Assembly: GCF_001194135.2 (NCBI RefSeq)
Contig: NC_068981.1
Location: 39,682,126 to 39,746,125, forward strand
Direction of reading: 5' to 3'
Length of the DNA: 64,000 nt
Source: Octopus bimaculoides
Taxonomy: Eukaryota
In this document: in pieces, positions 38,971-51,233 of the stretch
Position numbering within the stretch: position 1 is the stretch's first letter
How the letters are laid out: every line of letters starts with the position of its first letter
The notes under the pieces: generated by a model
What the model was told of the DNA's origin: nothing
Database searches by the model: none
Seen by the model: the letters and a program-made list of their open reading frames with translations, nothing else
Translations under genes and position numbers: made by a program

Positions 38971-41394
38971 TATATACTTGTATATACATGTGTGTGTTTG
39001 TGTGATATATATAGAGACAGAGGGGGAGATGAAGGGATGAAGGGGTGGAGGGAGGGAGAAAAAGAGAGCAAATGATAGACAGTGAATGGAAATGTACATT
39101 TGAAGTTAAATGACATTTAGACAAAGATGAATTGATAGCGGGAGAGAACATAAGGGGAAATACGTTTGTGTGACAGAGGGGTGAAGGAATGAAAAAGCAA
39201 ATGAAAGTGAGATAGAGGTGAAGATTTAGGTAACCTTGTATATATATTTTGTTATGCTAATACGTCAATCACATTATTTTTTTTTTTTTAAATACGAAAC
39301 TTGATTACTGTTCTTATCAGAATAAAAAATTACTGTATATAGTTTAAGACAATAATATTCGGATAGAAATATAAGTTTAAGACAGACAATGTAAAGGAGA
39401 AACGCGCGTGCACACACAGATACAGGTACACACAAATGGAAACACCCACTTATTCAAACACATATACACACGCATATATAAATGAGTATGGAAGGTGGGT
39501 AAGGAGGGTGGTAATAATAGATGTCTCGATTGTATTTATTGATAACAAGAGGAGAATAACAAACTGATGCCAGTAGCTGTAATGTCACCAGAATATTTCA
39601 AACAATGAAACAAAGCTTGCCGCAAGAAATTCTTTTATAAATAATGGTTTCCTGAACATTGATGAAATCATGAAAACAATTTCACCTTCAGCATCAATTT
39701 TTCTGTATAAGATATTTATAAATCTATGTATCGGTATTTTATTTCAGGTAGAATCTATTTCATCAAACGTACTTATTTTCATTTATAACCATTGACATTG
39801 CACCAAATTTTTCTTCCATAAGGTTTGGTGCATTGTTGTTTAGTAACGTTATCCAGATAACCAAAAATTGATTATTTTGGATTGATATTAATTGTATTGA
39901 TTTATCGAGTTAAAATATCATACAGTGCCTGAAATATACTGAAGGAAAGATACAAATATGAAAATATAGTAAATAATTACTTTGGGGTGAAATGTTCAGC
40001 TAATGTCGTTTTATTATAAAATAAAATGTGAATTTCGAACTGATGACATTTAAAAATCAAATCAAATTCTGAATCAATCTTTTTTTATGAGAAGCATATT
40101 AAATATCATAAAAATAGAATAATATAGATGTTAATGTAGTACAGCAATCCCTCAGTATATGAACGCTACTATGTCCTCACTGTCAAACGTTAAATAAATT
40201 GCAGGTTTTGTAAAGCCCCATATATAAGGTTAATATGATTTTAAAGGATATGTGCGCGTGTGATTGTGAGTGTGTGTGGGAAAGATAGGGGAAGGAGTGG
40301 GTAAAGGATCATAAATGCTAGAAATAAATGGACAACAATGATAGAAAATAATGGTGGGCAGTCTTCTCAGTCTCCAGACATGTGCTATGACGCCTCTGCT
40401 TGTGATCAAGTGTCTCGGGCTAGGGGCAAATTTTGCGCCAACACATTGCATATTCATGTTCTCTGTGAAAACGTCCAGCAGATTGTACTATCGATTTCAG
40501 TCCTGATCGATAGTTCAGCGCCTATGTAGACAACACGGACTGCTGCTGCTGCTACTACTACTACCACGACATTCACAACCTTCAACAATTGTCTTCGCCA
40601 TCACTGCTGCCAACCTACAGACGTCCTCAGCACTCCCTTCCCCAGCGTCAACGTCTCCAATGTGACCGTTACGACACTAAAAACACCAGCATTTGGTGAA
40701 CTGCTGCTACTAGCACAAGCACCAGACTAATTAGTCAGTTACTGCCCATCAAGCTATCCAAAATGTCAATATCTATGTAAACATACATATTTCTAACAGT
40801 ATTACTTCTGAGGATAGACCCACGTGCCCGAAATGGAATTTTTTTTTTTTATTTCCGCATTGTTAGACGCTTTTTTTATTTCTCATTTCATATATTATTC
40901 TACTTCTTTACAACAATGCTTCAAGCGAACTACAACGCTCTTCTCTGATGTATTTCAGTTTACTCCTGCTAGGTTTATTCTATATCGCACATTTATCTCT
41001 GAAGATACTTCGTAACACTTTTCTCACTACTTTACTATTAGTTTCTTTGATAAAATATATTCACGTAATCTTATACTTCTAAAGTATACGTTATAAAGCA
41101 AGACTTTTTAAAATTTCTATTGTTATGCAGTCATTCTTCGAATTATACAATCGTAGTATTCCAAGATTACTTAATCTTTCTTTGTTAAGTGAAACCCCTC
41201 ATATGTCTCTGGATTTCCGATTGTTTTGGGTTCTAGTGTTAACTTTTTTTTTTATCTTAACTACAATAAAGCACTCAACATTAAGTTAAAACAGAATTTC
41301 AAAGGCCCATAGAAACGGAATGTATTTTCTTCGAAAATATAAGAATAATAGTAGGTATACTAACTGAGAAATCAATGTTTATATGCAAAGTATG

Positions 41395-41610
41395 GCAGTG
41401 AGCTATCAGAATTATTGGCATGCCGTGCAAATTGCTGAGTGGCGTTTCGTCCGTCCTTACCTTTTGAGTTCAAATTTTGTCGAGGTTGACTTTGCTTTTC
41501 ATTCTTTTGGATGTACCAGTTGAGCATCATTTGGGCACTGGGATCAGTGTAATTGAATTTCTCCCTTTCACGAAGTTTTTGGCTTTGTAGTAAAATTTGA
41601 AATTAATATT
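41395..41610 (+). mobile_element. SINE family B, near full length
   Basis: ggcagtgagctatcagaatt ... gagttcaaatt ... gaggttgactttgcttttcat ... aaatttgaaatt. Confidence 0.8.
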
Positions 41611-41973
41611 TATGTCCAAAGTAAAAACATCACTGAAGGAAGAAATTATTTACAGTGAATGCATTATGTGCCCCGTTCGTTTATCATTTGCTTTACACCC
41701 ACGAAAATGTATAAACGTCTCGACACGCATTTCACAAAACAAAGTATGAAAGTTTTGAAGGGATTCAAGTGGAAAACCCAATATCATTATTCAAAGAAGG
41801 TAAAGAACACCATCCCAATAAAAGCAGCGATGATCTGCGTCGGTAAAATGATTTTTCTTTGTAAAGTACTAAATCCAGTCAAGAAATCTTGTAATAGAGC
41901 TTTTCTGAAAGAACAGGGTTTTTCTAACATATAAACACTTTTATAGTACTTCGATACAGGAAGATTAAAACCG

Positions 41974-42030
41974 TTTTTAACCCTGACGAAGGACTTCGAA
42001 GGAACGTCCGAAATTTTCTATTGACAATAG
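41974..42030 (+). ncRNA. Degenerate hammerhead-like motif
   Basis: CUGACGA (41983-41989), extra A, stem II GGAC...GUCC, GAAA (42010); stems I and III are poorly paired. Confidence 0.45.
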
Positions 42031-42079
42031 TCCTTAATCTTAAAAAGCATTATATTTTACCAATATTGAAAAAGAGTGA

Positions 42080-42385
42080 AAACATGTGGTTTAGTGGTTA
42101 GGGTATTCGGCTCCCGATCGTAAGGTCATGATTTCCTTTCATGAACAAGACACTTTATTTCACCTTGTTTCAGTCAACGCAGCTCACAAAAATGAGCTGT
42201 ACCTGTAATTCAAATGGTCAGCCTTGTCACATTTTGTGTCATACTGAATCTCCCTGAGAGCTACGCTAAGGGTACACGTGCCTGTCGAGTGCTCAGTCAC
42301 TTACACGTTAATTTCACGAGCAGGCTGTTTCGTTGATCAGATCAACTGGAACCCTTGTCGTCGTAACCGACGGAGTGCCAGTTAT
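42080..42385 (+). mobile_element. SINE family C (tRNA-like head, RTE-like tail)
   Basis: Head tggtttagtggttagggtattcggctc...cgtaaggtc; tail gatcaactggaaccc...gtcgtaaccgacggagtgcca; inverted relative at 26660-26900. Confidence 0.8.
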
Positions 42386-42992
42386 CTAAAGAGGGCGTAG
42401 TATCCAGAGTTTCTTTTACTCCAGCTAATTCTACTTAAGATAATACCACTATTATATAGAGGAGTGTAAGAGATCTATAAATCTAATCACAGTTCAAAGA
42501 GAGAAACTGATTTGCGGTATGTAGTATATTGGGCTCTAAAGTATTTAATTCAGTACTTGAATCTGCCCTTCATGTTTTCGTGTTCATTCAAATAGCTTCT
42601 TAGTGATTTTATCCACTTCTTCACTTTACTTTTGGACTGCAAGATAAGAAGGAAATCAATATTTCAATTCAAAGTTAAATAATCTGCCAATTGCTACAGC
42701 CGATAGTTTTCAGATAGTTGACTTGACACAACTCTTGTCACAATTTCAGTAAACTTAGGGAGAAATAAAATTAAATGGATTTATTTGCCAGATATATAAA
42801 GTAAACGAATTAAATGGATTTGTTTACAAGGAGTCGAAAGATCGGATTTTTAGATAAGATGAATTGCTAATCATAGATTCCTGCACACATGAGCATACAC
42901 ATACGGACACACAAACACAAACACAGTCACGCAAAAACGCATATATATTCATATATATAAGCGTGTAACTCTCTCTAAAGTCTGTCTGTCTG

Positions 42993-43045
<53 letters not shown>

Positions 43046-43049
<4 letters not shown>

Positions 43050-43515
43050 GGTGTTTGGACTAAATTTGACAGTTTGCATAAAAAGAAAAGAAAGCAATAT
43101 CCTATCCAAAAATAGAAGTATTTTTTAAAAAATCAAAAAGCGTCAGCTAGATTATGGATGGGAGATAACAGTTTACTCAGAAAGTAGCCGCCCTCATCTT
43201 CCACCAAGGCCTCAAGACCGTTCCGCAAGCTGGCACATGGGCTCCTCATTGTGTCCCTGGGAAGGTCTTTGAAACTCTCCTTGACCTTGGTGTTGCAAGC
43301 AGAGTGGTCGGTGTCTTTCTCAAACGCCTCCCACACATATTAATCCATGAAATAACGATCGGGTTAATTATGCGGGTTAGTGATGTCATAGAAATTCTCT
43401 GACAAACATTTCTGGCTTTTTCCAGGTGTATGTGAAGGAGCTGAATTTTGCTGCCACACATATGGCCTTCCAGCAGTAACCTCTCCAGCCAGACTTTGAC
43501 CACAGTCTCCAGCAG
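43046..43515 (-). pseudogene. Tc1/mariner transposase 3' end plus TIR (maT/DD37D-like by resemblance)
   Basis: Minus translation with frameshifts: KLLETVVKVWLE..AGRPYVWQQNSAPSH..KSQK.LSENFYD ... MD.YVWEAFEKDTDHSACNT ... KDLPRDT...C..LR..LEALVEDEGGYF; terminus ACAGAGGGTGTTTGGACTAAATTTGACAG next to (CA)n. Confidence 0.85.
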
Positions 43516-45411
43516 CTTTACAAAACCGCTTGAATTAAGCTTTTTGACCTGTTAAGAGATTATCCACTGGTCTATCAATGTCATATGAATTCAATATACT
43601 GATCGGAAAGTATGCAGGATCAAATTTTAAGCGTGTGTGCGTATGATTGCATATATTGTTGCTATTATGAAAAAGTATCGTAAGTCCAAAAGGTTTCTTT
43701 TTCAGAAAACCAAAAAAAAATAGTTTCACCATTCCATAGCAAAAACCGTTGTACTACACTTTGACATTTTTTGATATCTTTGCATCTGAAGCAGCTGGAG
43801 ATACGATAGTTTGACCAAAAGAAACGGCTATTGGAAGCAAAAATAAATATTGATAAAAACGCATTTGGCTAAATTTGGACATACGACAGTTTAACATAAT
43901 AGCAATGATATGTATTAATCATCTGCGATATGTTTAATCCATAAAACACAGGTAAGTTTTAAACAGACATAAATGGATCAGCTTTTTTGCCAAATAGAGA
44001 TCGATAAACAAGTACCAAACTGAGTACAAGGGTTAAATAACGGATGAAAACTCTTGAAATCGCGATCCAGACTGCTTACTGTAAAACAACGAAAATTCTC
44101 TCTCTCACACAATCTATCCATCAATCTCTCCCTTTCCCTCTCACTCTCTCTCTCTCTCTCTGTATATATATTTATATATGTATATATATGGATGTGCATA
44201 TGCTTTCATCACTAGCATTCATCTCATCAGAAACTTAGTATTTAGATTCCGTATAAAGAAATTCATATAATTCGTTTATATTATATATCTGGCAAATAAT
44301 TTCACTCGGTTTTATTTCTACAGAATTTGCTGACATTGCAACTGTTTTGTATCAACTATTTCAAAAACTATCGATTGTAGCAACTGGTAAATTATTCAAC
44401 TTTGAATTGAAATATTGATTTCTTTCGTATCTAACAGTTCAAATTTTAAGTATTGAAATGGATAAAACCAGCAGGACGTTATTTGAATGGACACGAAAAC
44501 TTTAGGAGCAGATTCATTTATTGAATCACATTCAAGTATTAAATTAAATACTTTAGAGCACAAAATTCTATTTTCTTATCTCAACGTCTCTCTCTCTCTC
44601 TCTCTCTCTTTCAATAGTCTATTTATAAACTCATTCTAAAACCAAAGTAACGTACTACGACGTATGTCTGCACGAGCACTCGGCGCCCTACGAGATTACG
44701 TCTTCTTTGAAAACTGACATAGATGAATGTATATTTCATTTAGATGACGTTGAGTAAGTCCTATTTTTGACTTTCAGTCTGAACCCTCCGTCAGTGTCAG
44801 AAAGGTTTATCTTTGTCTATCGAAAAGAGATAAGTGTATTTTTCCCGTTTCTCTCTACTTAACCTAAAAATATTGTTTAACCATTTAGATCATTATTAGT
44901 TTCTCTTGACTGAGGCTCTTTACCTATTCTTTGATTAGTAACATTTGTTTTCGTTTCATCTGTACGAAAGTCATAATGCTTTAAAGGAACGAATGCTAGA
45001 CATTTGTGAATTTCAAAGGATATTAGTCATAAATGTGTCTTCAAATGTTAATTGGGCAGAAGCACGCTCTCCATTCACCTCCAATTACCTCTCCATATAC
45101 TTCATTTCTAATTTTTAATGTGTATCTTGAGAAAAGAACTATATCAAATTAAAAGAAAACAAACAAACAAAAAAACCTGTACATGACATGCTTTTCCGCC
45201 CGAAACAAGTATCCAATTGACGCCGATTGAAGAACTCTGAGCTGAAGTAATATTACTTTGTGTCATAAAATGTCAGACAGATAAGTTTGATAATAAATAT
45301 ATACGTATGAACAAATAGAGTCAAATATACTTCAGTTCTATATTTAAGAGATGGGGAATTATGTATATTATTTACATTTGACGGATGTTTGACCTCAACT
45401 TGTTTGTTGTT

Positions 45412-45457
45412 AACACAACGTTTCGACTCATTTACCCTCCAGCCTTTATCAGGTGTC
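45412..45457 (-). ncRNA. Mutated hammerhead copy in the left arm
   Basis: Minus: GACAC CUGAUAA (G8 to A) a GGCUG...GAGUC GAAAC GUU GUGUU; core mutation plus damaged stem II. Confidence 0.7.
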
Positions 45458-45537
45458 TTGGGGAAATTTCGAATCTGGGTTCTCATTCCTAAATTATTAT
45501 TATTATGACGCTCTTAACCACTACGCCATACGCCCGT

Positions 45538-45610
45538 GGGCATATGACGTAGTGGTTAAGAGTGCGGGCCACTAACCCCAAGATTCCGAGTTCGATTCCA
45601 GGCAGTGACC
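45538..45610 (+). promoter_or_regulatory. tRNA-derived Pol III internal promoter (SINE-type head)
   Basis: A-box-like TGACGTAGTGG (45545-45555) and B-box-like GAGTTCGATTCC (45588-45599). The acceptor stem does not close, so this is not a tRNA gene. Confidence 0.7.
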
Positions 45611-45612
45611 TC

Positions 45613-45634
45613 AATAATAATAATAATAATAATG

Positions 45635-45695
<61 letters not shown>

Positions 45696-45716
45696 TAATA
45701 ATAATGATAATAATAA
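45613..45716. repeat. (AAT)n tract inside the palindromic element
   Basis: Direct reading. Confidence 0.97.
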
Positions 45717-45765
45717 CATCGAAAAATACCTTACGAATAAGAACCTAGATTCGAAATTTCCCGAA

Positions 45766-45811
45766 GACACCTGATGAAGGCTGGAGGGTATATCAGCCGA
45801 AACGTTGTGTT
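45766..45811 (+). ncRNA. Minimal type I hammerhead ribozyme with palindromic stem III
   Basis: Stem I GACAC / GUGUU; CUGAUGA (45771-45777) plus extra A; stem II GGCUG-GAGGGUAUAU-CAGCC; GAAAC-GU-U with self-complementary AACGUU; predicted cut after 45806. Confidence 0.85.
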
Positions 45812-45861
45812 AACAACAAATAAGATGAAAACAAATATCCGTCAAATGTAAATAATGTAAA

Positions 45862-46039
45862 TAATGTCAAATATAGGCGCAGGAGTTGCTCTGTGGTAAG
45901 CAGATTGCTTACCGACCCCATGGTTCCGGTTCCGTCCCACTGCATGACACCTTGGGCAAGTGTCTTCTACTATAGCCTCGGGCCGACCAAAGCCTTGTGA
46001 TTGAATTTGGTAGACGGAAACTGAAAGAAGCCCGTCGTA

Positions 46040-46101
<62 letters not shown>

Positions 46102-46330
46102 TGTATGTCTGTATTTGTCCGCCCCGCAACATCGCTTGATAACCGATGCTGGTGTGTTTACATGCCCGTAACTTAGCGGTTCGGCAAAAGAGAACGATAC
46201 AATAAGTGCTAGGTTTACAAAGAATAAGTCATGGGGTTGATTTGTTCGACTAAAGGCGGTGCTCCAGCATGGCCGCAGTCAAATGACTGAAACAAATAAA
46301 AGAATAAAAGAATAAAAGAATAAAAGAATA
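45862..46330 (+). mobile_element. SINE family A, near full length
   Basis: tRNA-like head (ggtaagcagattgctt...ggttccgtcccactg), body, internal (TA)n 46040-46098, tail of repeated AAAAGAAT. Confidence 0.88.
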
Positions 46331-47169
46331 TACTTATATTTGAGAAGTGAATTTATTTCATTCTGACCCAAATTTATAAATTGTAAGCCAACTTCTTTCG
46401 ACTAGCTCATTTAGAAATCAAACGTTGAAGGAAAAAAGAAAACAGTGAAATCGCTGTATACAATGATTATCTAATAAGTAGAGCACGTTGCATAACAATA
46501 GGAAGGAGAATATCAAATATTATGAGAATACAATGGAATATATATTTAGAGGCATGAACTTACATAACATCCTTTTACCAATGGAACCAATAGTTATCCT
46601 TAAATGAAAAAGGGTACAAATCACTGGCATATGGAATACATCAAGCCAGGGAGAAAATGAAATAAATTACTTTAGTAAGATAATAGAGTGTAAAATATTT
46701 GGAAAGTTGCATAATTCACCTGGTTATATAAACAGTATGTTCAATAATGATATCAGTTGATATCAGATAACTTTAGAAACAGAAATTTTGGATATCAGTA
46801 ACACAACGTGGTACTAATACTCTTGACGGAATATTCATCCTTCTATTTATCCATCCATCCATACATACATACATACATACATACATACATACATACATGC
46901 ATGCATGCATGCATACATACATACATACATACATACATACATACATACATACACTATACTCAAAGCGACAAGTCGCGTATTTGGTGTGGGAGACTATTTA
47001 TCGAAAATATGCTGACTACTATCTCCAGCTTTGGAGCCACAACTATCAACGTTGTTAAATAACTGGTTAATTTTTAGATGAATTAACTGAGGCAGCTTTT
47101 TATTCACGATCGTAGAGATTTTCGGCTGAAACTTGAATTTAGCATCCAGAGTGTTACTACAAACAAAAT

Positions 47170-48220
47170 GGCTGGACACAACATCAACAACAACACAATC
47201 GAGGAACAGAACAAATAACAACAGCTCAACAGGTAAACCAATTTCTTTTAGCTGTAGTTATAGAAGAAACCGTAACTATAAAACTCATTTCTCTTGGAGT
47301 TAGGAATAGAATAATGATTTATTTAACTGCTACGAAAAAGCGAAACAAAACCCGCTGTTGGCTATGTGAATCAATTGAAATCATTGGGACGATCTGCATC
47401 CAGAATTAAATCCTTTTACTGGGAAGCAATTACGCCAACAAGCAGCATTTGTAGAACATAGAAAGAAGGTTAGTAATTGTAACTTTATTAAAAGATCGAA
47501 ATTTAACCTTCTTCCCAATTCTATAAGCAAAAACGAAAACGTGAATGACATAAGACCACTACATGGTTTCGCAGCTAGCGACATTCCAACAGACTCCATA
47601 GTGCCTGCCAGCCAAACTACATTACTGGCTCAAGTAACTGACCCCTGTCCCCCTACTACGACTATGGTAAACAGCAGGCACAACCACAATGATTATTGTA
47701 GTAGTAGTGGTAGTCAGGATTATATGCCTTACTGAAATTTTCCGAGAAAAAATAACTTTGGCTTTGAAGTTCTCTTTCGAAGAGAGAGTATTCTCTACCA
47801 AAGGAAGTAAATAAAAAACATCAGATACCGTATTAAAAGTTGTTAACGAAATTGGTGATGAGTATTTACAACAGTGTGATGAACTCACATACTGGAAGCT
47901 TAACGCTTGTCTATATGTGCTGGCTACTACTCTAAAATAGTCATGAAGACTTGGAAGGCAGCTCCTTGAGCAAAACTCTTTGTCTCAGAATCTAGAATAC
48001 ATGAAATCTGTCGGAAGGATAATCCCGAGGACAAAGAAATAAGAACCCACAATAAGGTATAAGCTATAGACACTCATAATAAAAAGGAATACTGGTGGAA
48101 TGTATCAGTGAAGAGCTCAATAAAATGTAAGCACAACAGGCCTGATATAATGATTTGGGATAATTCAGAGAAACTGTACGCAATTGTAGAAATTCGCTGC
48201 CCAGCGTATGTTAACATGGG
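47170..48220 (+). pseudogene. Internally deleted R4/Dong-clade element (N-terminal region joined to endonuclease end)
   Basis: NNDLFNCYEKAKQNP, GYVNQLKS, WDDLHPELNPFTGKQLRQQAAFV and LTYWKLNACLYVLATTLK, then sequence matching about 14175-14217 and 14608-14765 including [25 protein letters not shown]...IVEIRCP. No RT motifs. Confidence 0.75.
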
Positions 48221-48233
48221 AAAATATGCTTAT

Positions 48234-48324
48234 GTGTGTATGTGTGTGTGTGTGTTTTTTTTTGTGTGTGTGTGTGCGTGTGTTTGTGTGTGCGTGTGTT
48301 TGTGTGTGTGTGTGCGTGTGTGTG

Positions 48325-48380
<56 letters not shown>

Positions 48381-48421
48381 TGTGTGTCTCTGTGTGTGTG
48401 TCTGTGTGTGTGTGTGTGTGT
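48234..48421. repeat. Compound (TG)n/(TGCG)n microsatellite
   Basis: Direct reading; it truncates the R4 fragment. Confidence 0.97.
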
Positions 48422-49431
48422 AGATAAACACAACAAGATAGACAGACAGGTACGCAATTCGACATATGGATGAATGGAAAGGCAGATGTTTTGAAAAATA
48501 TCACTTTAAGAATATATATGAAACCATATCAAACCATTGTATTGCTTATATACTGAAAGATTGCTATGCCATATGAACTGTTATGTTCAACTCTGTTTTG
48601 TTGATGGCTGGCGCCATCCTCCTTATGAAAGAGAATGACTCCTAAGTCGATTTTGAAATGACAACAGTTAGAAATTCACATGTTGTTCACTAATGTAAAA
48701 ACCTAAAAATGAATATTTCAACCCAAAGTAATAATCATTCATATTTTCATATTTTCTTTTTAAAATTTCAGTTTGGCACTCTGTGACATTTTAACTCGAG
48801 AAATCAATATAATTAATATAAATCCCATATAATCTATTCTTGGTTATTTAAACTATTTCACAAAACAACAACGTACCGTTAAGTATGGTAGAGAAATTTG
48901 GTGCATTGTCACTGATTATGAATGAAAGTAAGTACTTTTCGTGAAATAGATTCAATCTGAAATAAAATTCAAATACAGAGACAGATATATAAATATCTTA
49001 TAAGGAAAAGTTGATGCTGAAGGCGAAATTATTTCCTTGATATCATCAATGTTCAGGAAACCGTTATTTTAAAAGAACTTCTCACAGTTATCTCCGTTTC
49101 ATTGTTTGAGATATACTGGTGACATATTTGCTGGCTTCGTCTTGGTAATCTCATTTCTGTTATCAATAAATATATACAAGACATATATCTTCTCTTTCCT
49201 GTTCTACATCCTCGTATACGTACATACATACATACATACATACATACATACATACATACATACATACATGTATATATACATATATATATATATGTATATT
49301 TATAATATAATATAGGATAAATTCTTTATAAGAATTTATCAAGTAGTCAGCGTGAAAAAACCTCATAATGAAAAAATAACGAAAAATTTCGTAATGAAAA
49401 GATTCATCGTTTCTCCATAGATATATTTAAA

Positions 49432-49672
49432 TATATATAAAAAGGGCATTAACTGTGTATTAATACCTCACGCTATCGAGGGACTAAATAAGTCAAAAAA
49501 CTACCAAAAATAAGTAACATATTTACCGAAAGCGAGGGAATGCAACTTTTCAAATTTTATCTCTTAAAAACATTTACGGTAAATATGTTACTTATTTTTG
49601 GTAGTTTTTTTACTTATTTAGTCCCTCGATAGCGTGAGGTATTAATACACAGTTAATGCCCTTTTATATATA
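49432..49672. mobile_element. Fold-back element with about 97-bp near-perfect inverted arms and 48-bp spacer
   Basis: Arms 49432-49528 and 49577-49672 differ by one substitution and one A/T-run indel; (TA)n at both outer ends. Confidence 0.92.
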
Positions 49673-49993
49673 TGTATATTTATATGTATATATACATAAA
49701 CAGGCATACACCTATATATATACTTATATACAGTGTATGTATATGTGATAGTGTGTGTAAGTGTGTATATTGTATATATATCTCTCTGTGTGTCTATCTA
49801 TATTTGTGTGCATAGTTTTCTATATGAAAGAATAAATGCCCTGTCTTAGTTCCAAATGACTGTGAAGGTATATGCGACCGAAAAGGCAAATCACGCCGAC
49901 ATAATGCGCCTAGTAGCCAGCCAATATCAGTTTCAGCCCGGCTCAATACATTTTTAACTACAAAGTAACCTCCTAATACCTGAATTCTCTCAT

Positions 49994-50310
49994 TCGTGTT
50001 TTATAATTCATTTTACCAATAATATGACTGGTAATAGTGCTTGTTCAATTACCTTTGTTTAATTCTAGATAATTATCTGTTTCCTATAGCACACAAATTA
50101 TTCCTTACGTTTCCTGAAAAGTGTGTAAAACATTTCAGCACATATCTGTGATCATTGAGGTGTTAATCTAAGGCTTGTGTAGGTTGGTCAACGTATATTA
50201 GTAACCCACATTCATACCAATATATTACACATACTATATTCCTGTATACACAGCTAACTGATAATGTCTCGTGTTTTATAATTCATTTTACCAATAACAT
50301 GACTGGTAAT
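49994..50310. repeat. 42-bp direct repeat pair (49994-50035 and 50269-50310)
   Basis: tcgtgttttataattcattttaccaataa(t/c)atgactggtaat, one mismatch, 275 bp apart. Confidence 0.92.
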
Positions 50311-51117
50311 TTATTTGACTTGAACTTCTAGAGTTTGATATCTTTTCTGAATCGCATATAGTTATTGGGGTTTTGGTAAAAAGAGTATGATAGTTCCTCT
50401 TGGTTCAAAGTTTATAGGATTATTCCCCTCATACGATTCCACTCTCAACAATATGCTACATGTTACAAGATATATGCTGGTTAATCGTCTAACAACCAAA
50501 TGTATGAAACCATTGAGTATCTTTCTCTCTGTAATAATGGCCAAAAGTATGCATGTAGTAGGTAGAACCTTGATTTAAACATGTTTGAAGTCATACTGAT
50601 GTAACGTTTGAATGATCTTTGGTGGTAGCTACGCATTTTTTCACAATGCCATGAACATGGTAGTCAGACCTTCCAGAGCAGTTTTTGTGATCATAGAAGT
50701 TGCACGCTGTGGTGTACTGTTAGTTTGTGGTTTTATTATGTTTACTAATTTTAGATGTGTCATAACGTGCAAAGTTATGGTCAAAGTTTAGGACTGATGA
50801 ATATGAAAATTTGATGGTGTGTGTGTGAAGGGTAATGCGTATATTGTTTACTTGATTTAAAATAAGAAAGTGAAAATATCTTCAGGTTTCTAATGATTTT
50901 TTTAGTAATGTACTATGTACGCAAGCTGAAATTGTTTTCAAATGGTTTGAAAAAACTCATTCGTATAGAAGAAAAGTATAGGAATAGTCACTAATAATAG
51001 TAAATCTGACAAAGAAATGATATAACAATAGTATTAGGGGCAAAATAACAGCTGATTTGCAACCCTAATTACTCCCATCTAAATGTTAAGGAACAATCAG
51101 CAGGATTTTTTAAATAT

Positions 51118-51233
<116 letters not shown>

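Larger units (their letters stand above)
45368..45858. mobile_element. Palindromic element: head-to-head tRNA-like heads, (AAT)n tracts and hammerhead-bearing outer arms
   Basis: Outer arms 45368-45491 and 45731-45858 are inverted repeats; inner arms 45510-45535 and 45538-45563 form a hairpin centred at 45536/45537. The left arm lacks the 3' half of the tRNA-like head and has a shorter (ATT)n. Confidence 0.9.

Noticed and set aside
44190-44236. Minus-strand CUGAUGA...GAAA-GCAUAUGC hammerhead-like motif
   Set aside because: Lacks U16.1, C11.1 and stem I; too many changes are needed to call it.
44618-44755. Plus-strand peptide containing DIDEC (calcium-binding EGF start) before a GTAAGT donor
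   Set aside because: No AG before the motif, an in-frame stop after the only good acceptor, and no further EGF cysteines.
45538-45610. Functional tRNA gene
   Set aside because: A and B boxes are present but the acceptor and anticodon stems do not pair properly, and it runs into (AAT)n as in a SINE.
6340-46330. Long-range dsRNA between inverted SINE pairs (6340 vs 45862; 26660 vs 42080)
   Set aside because: Copies are 15-40 kb apart and diverged; inverted copies are expected by chance for abundant SINEs.
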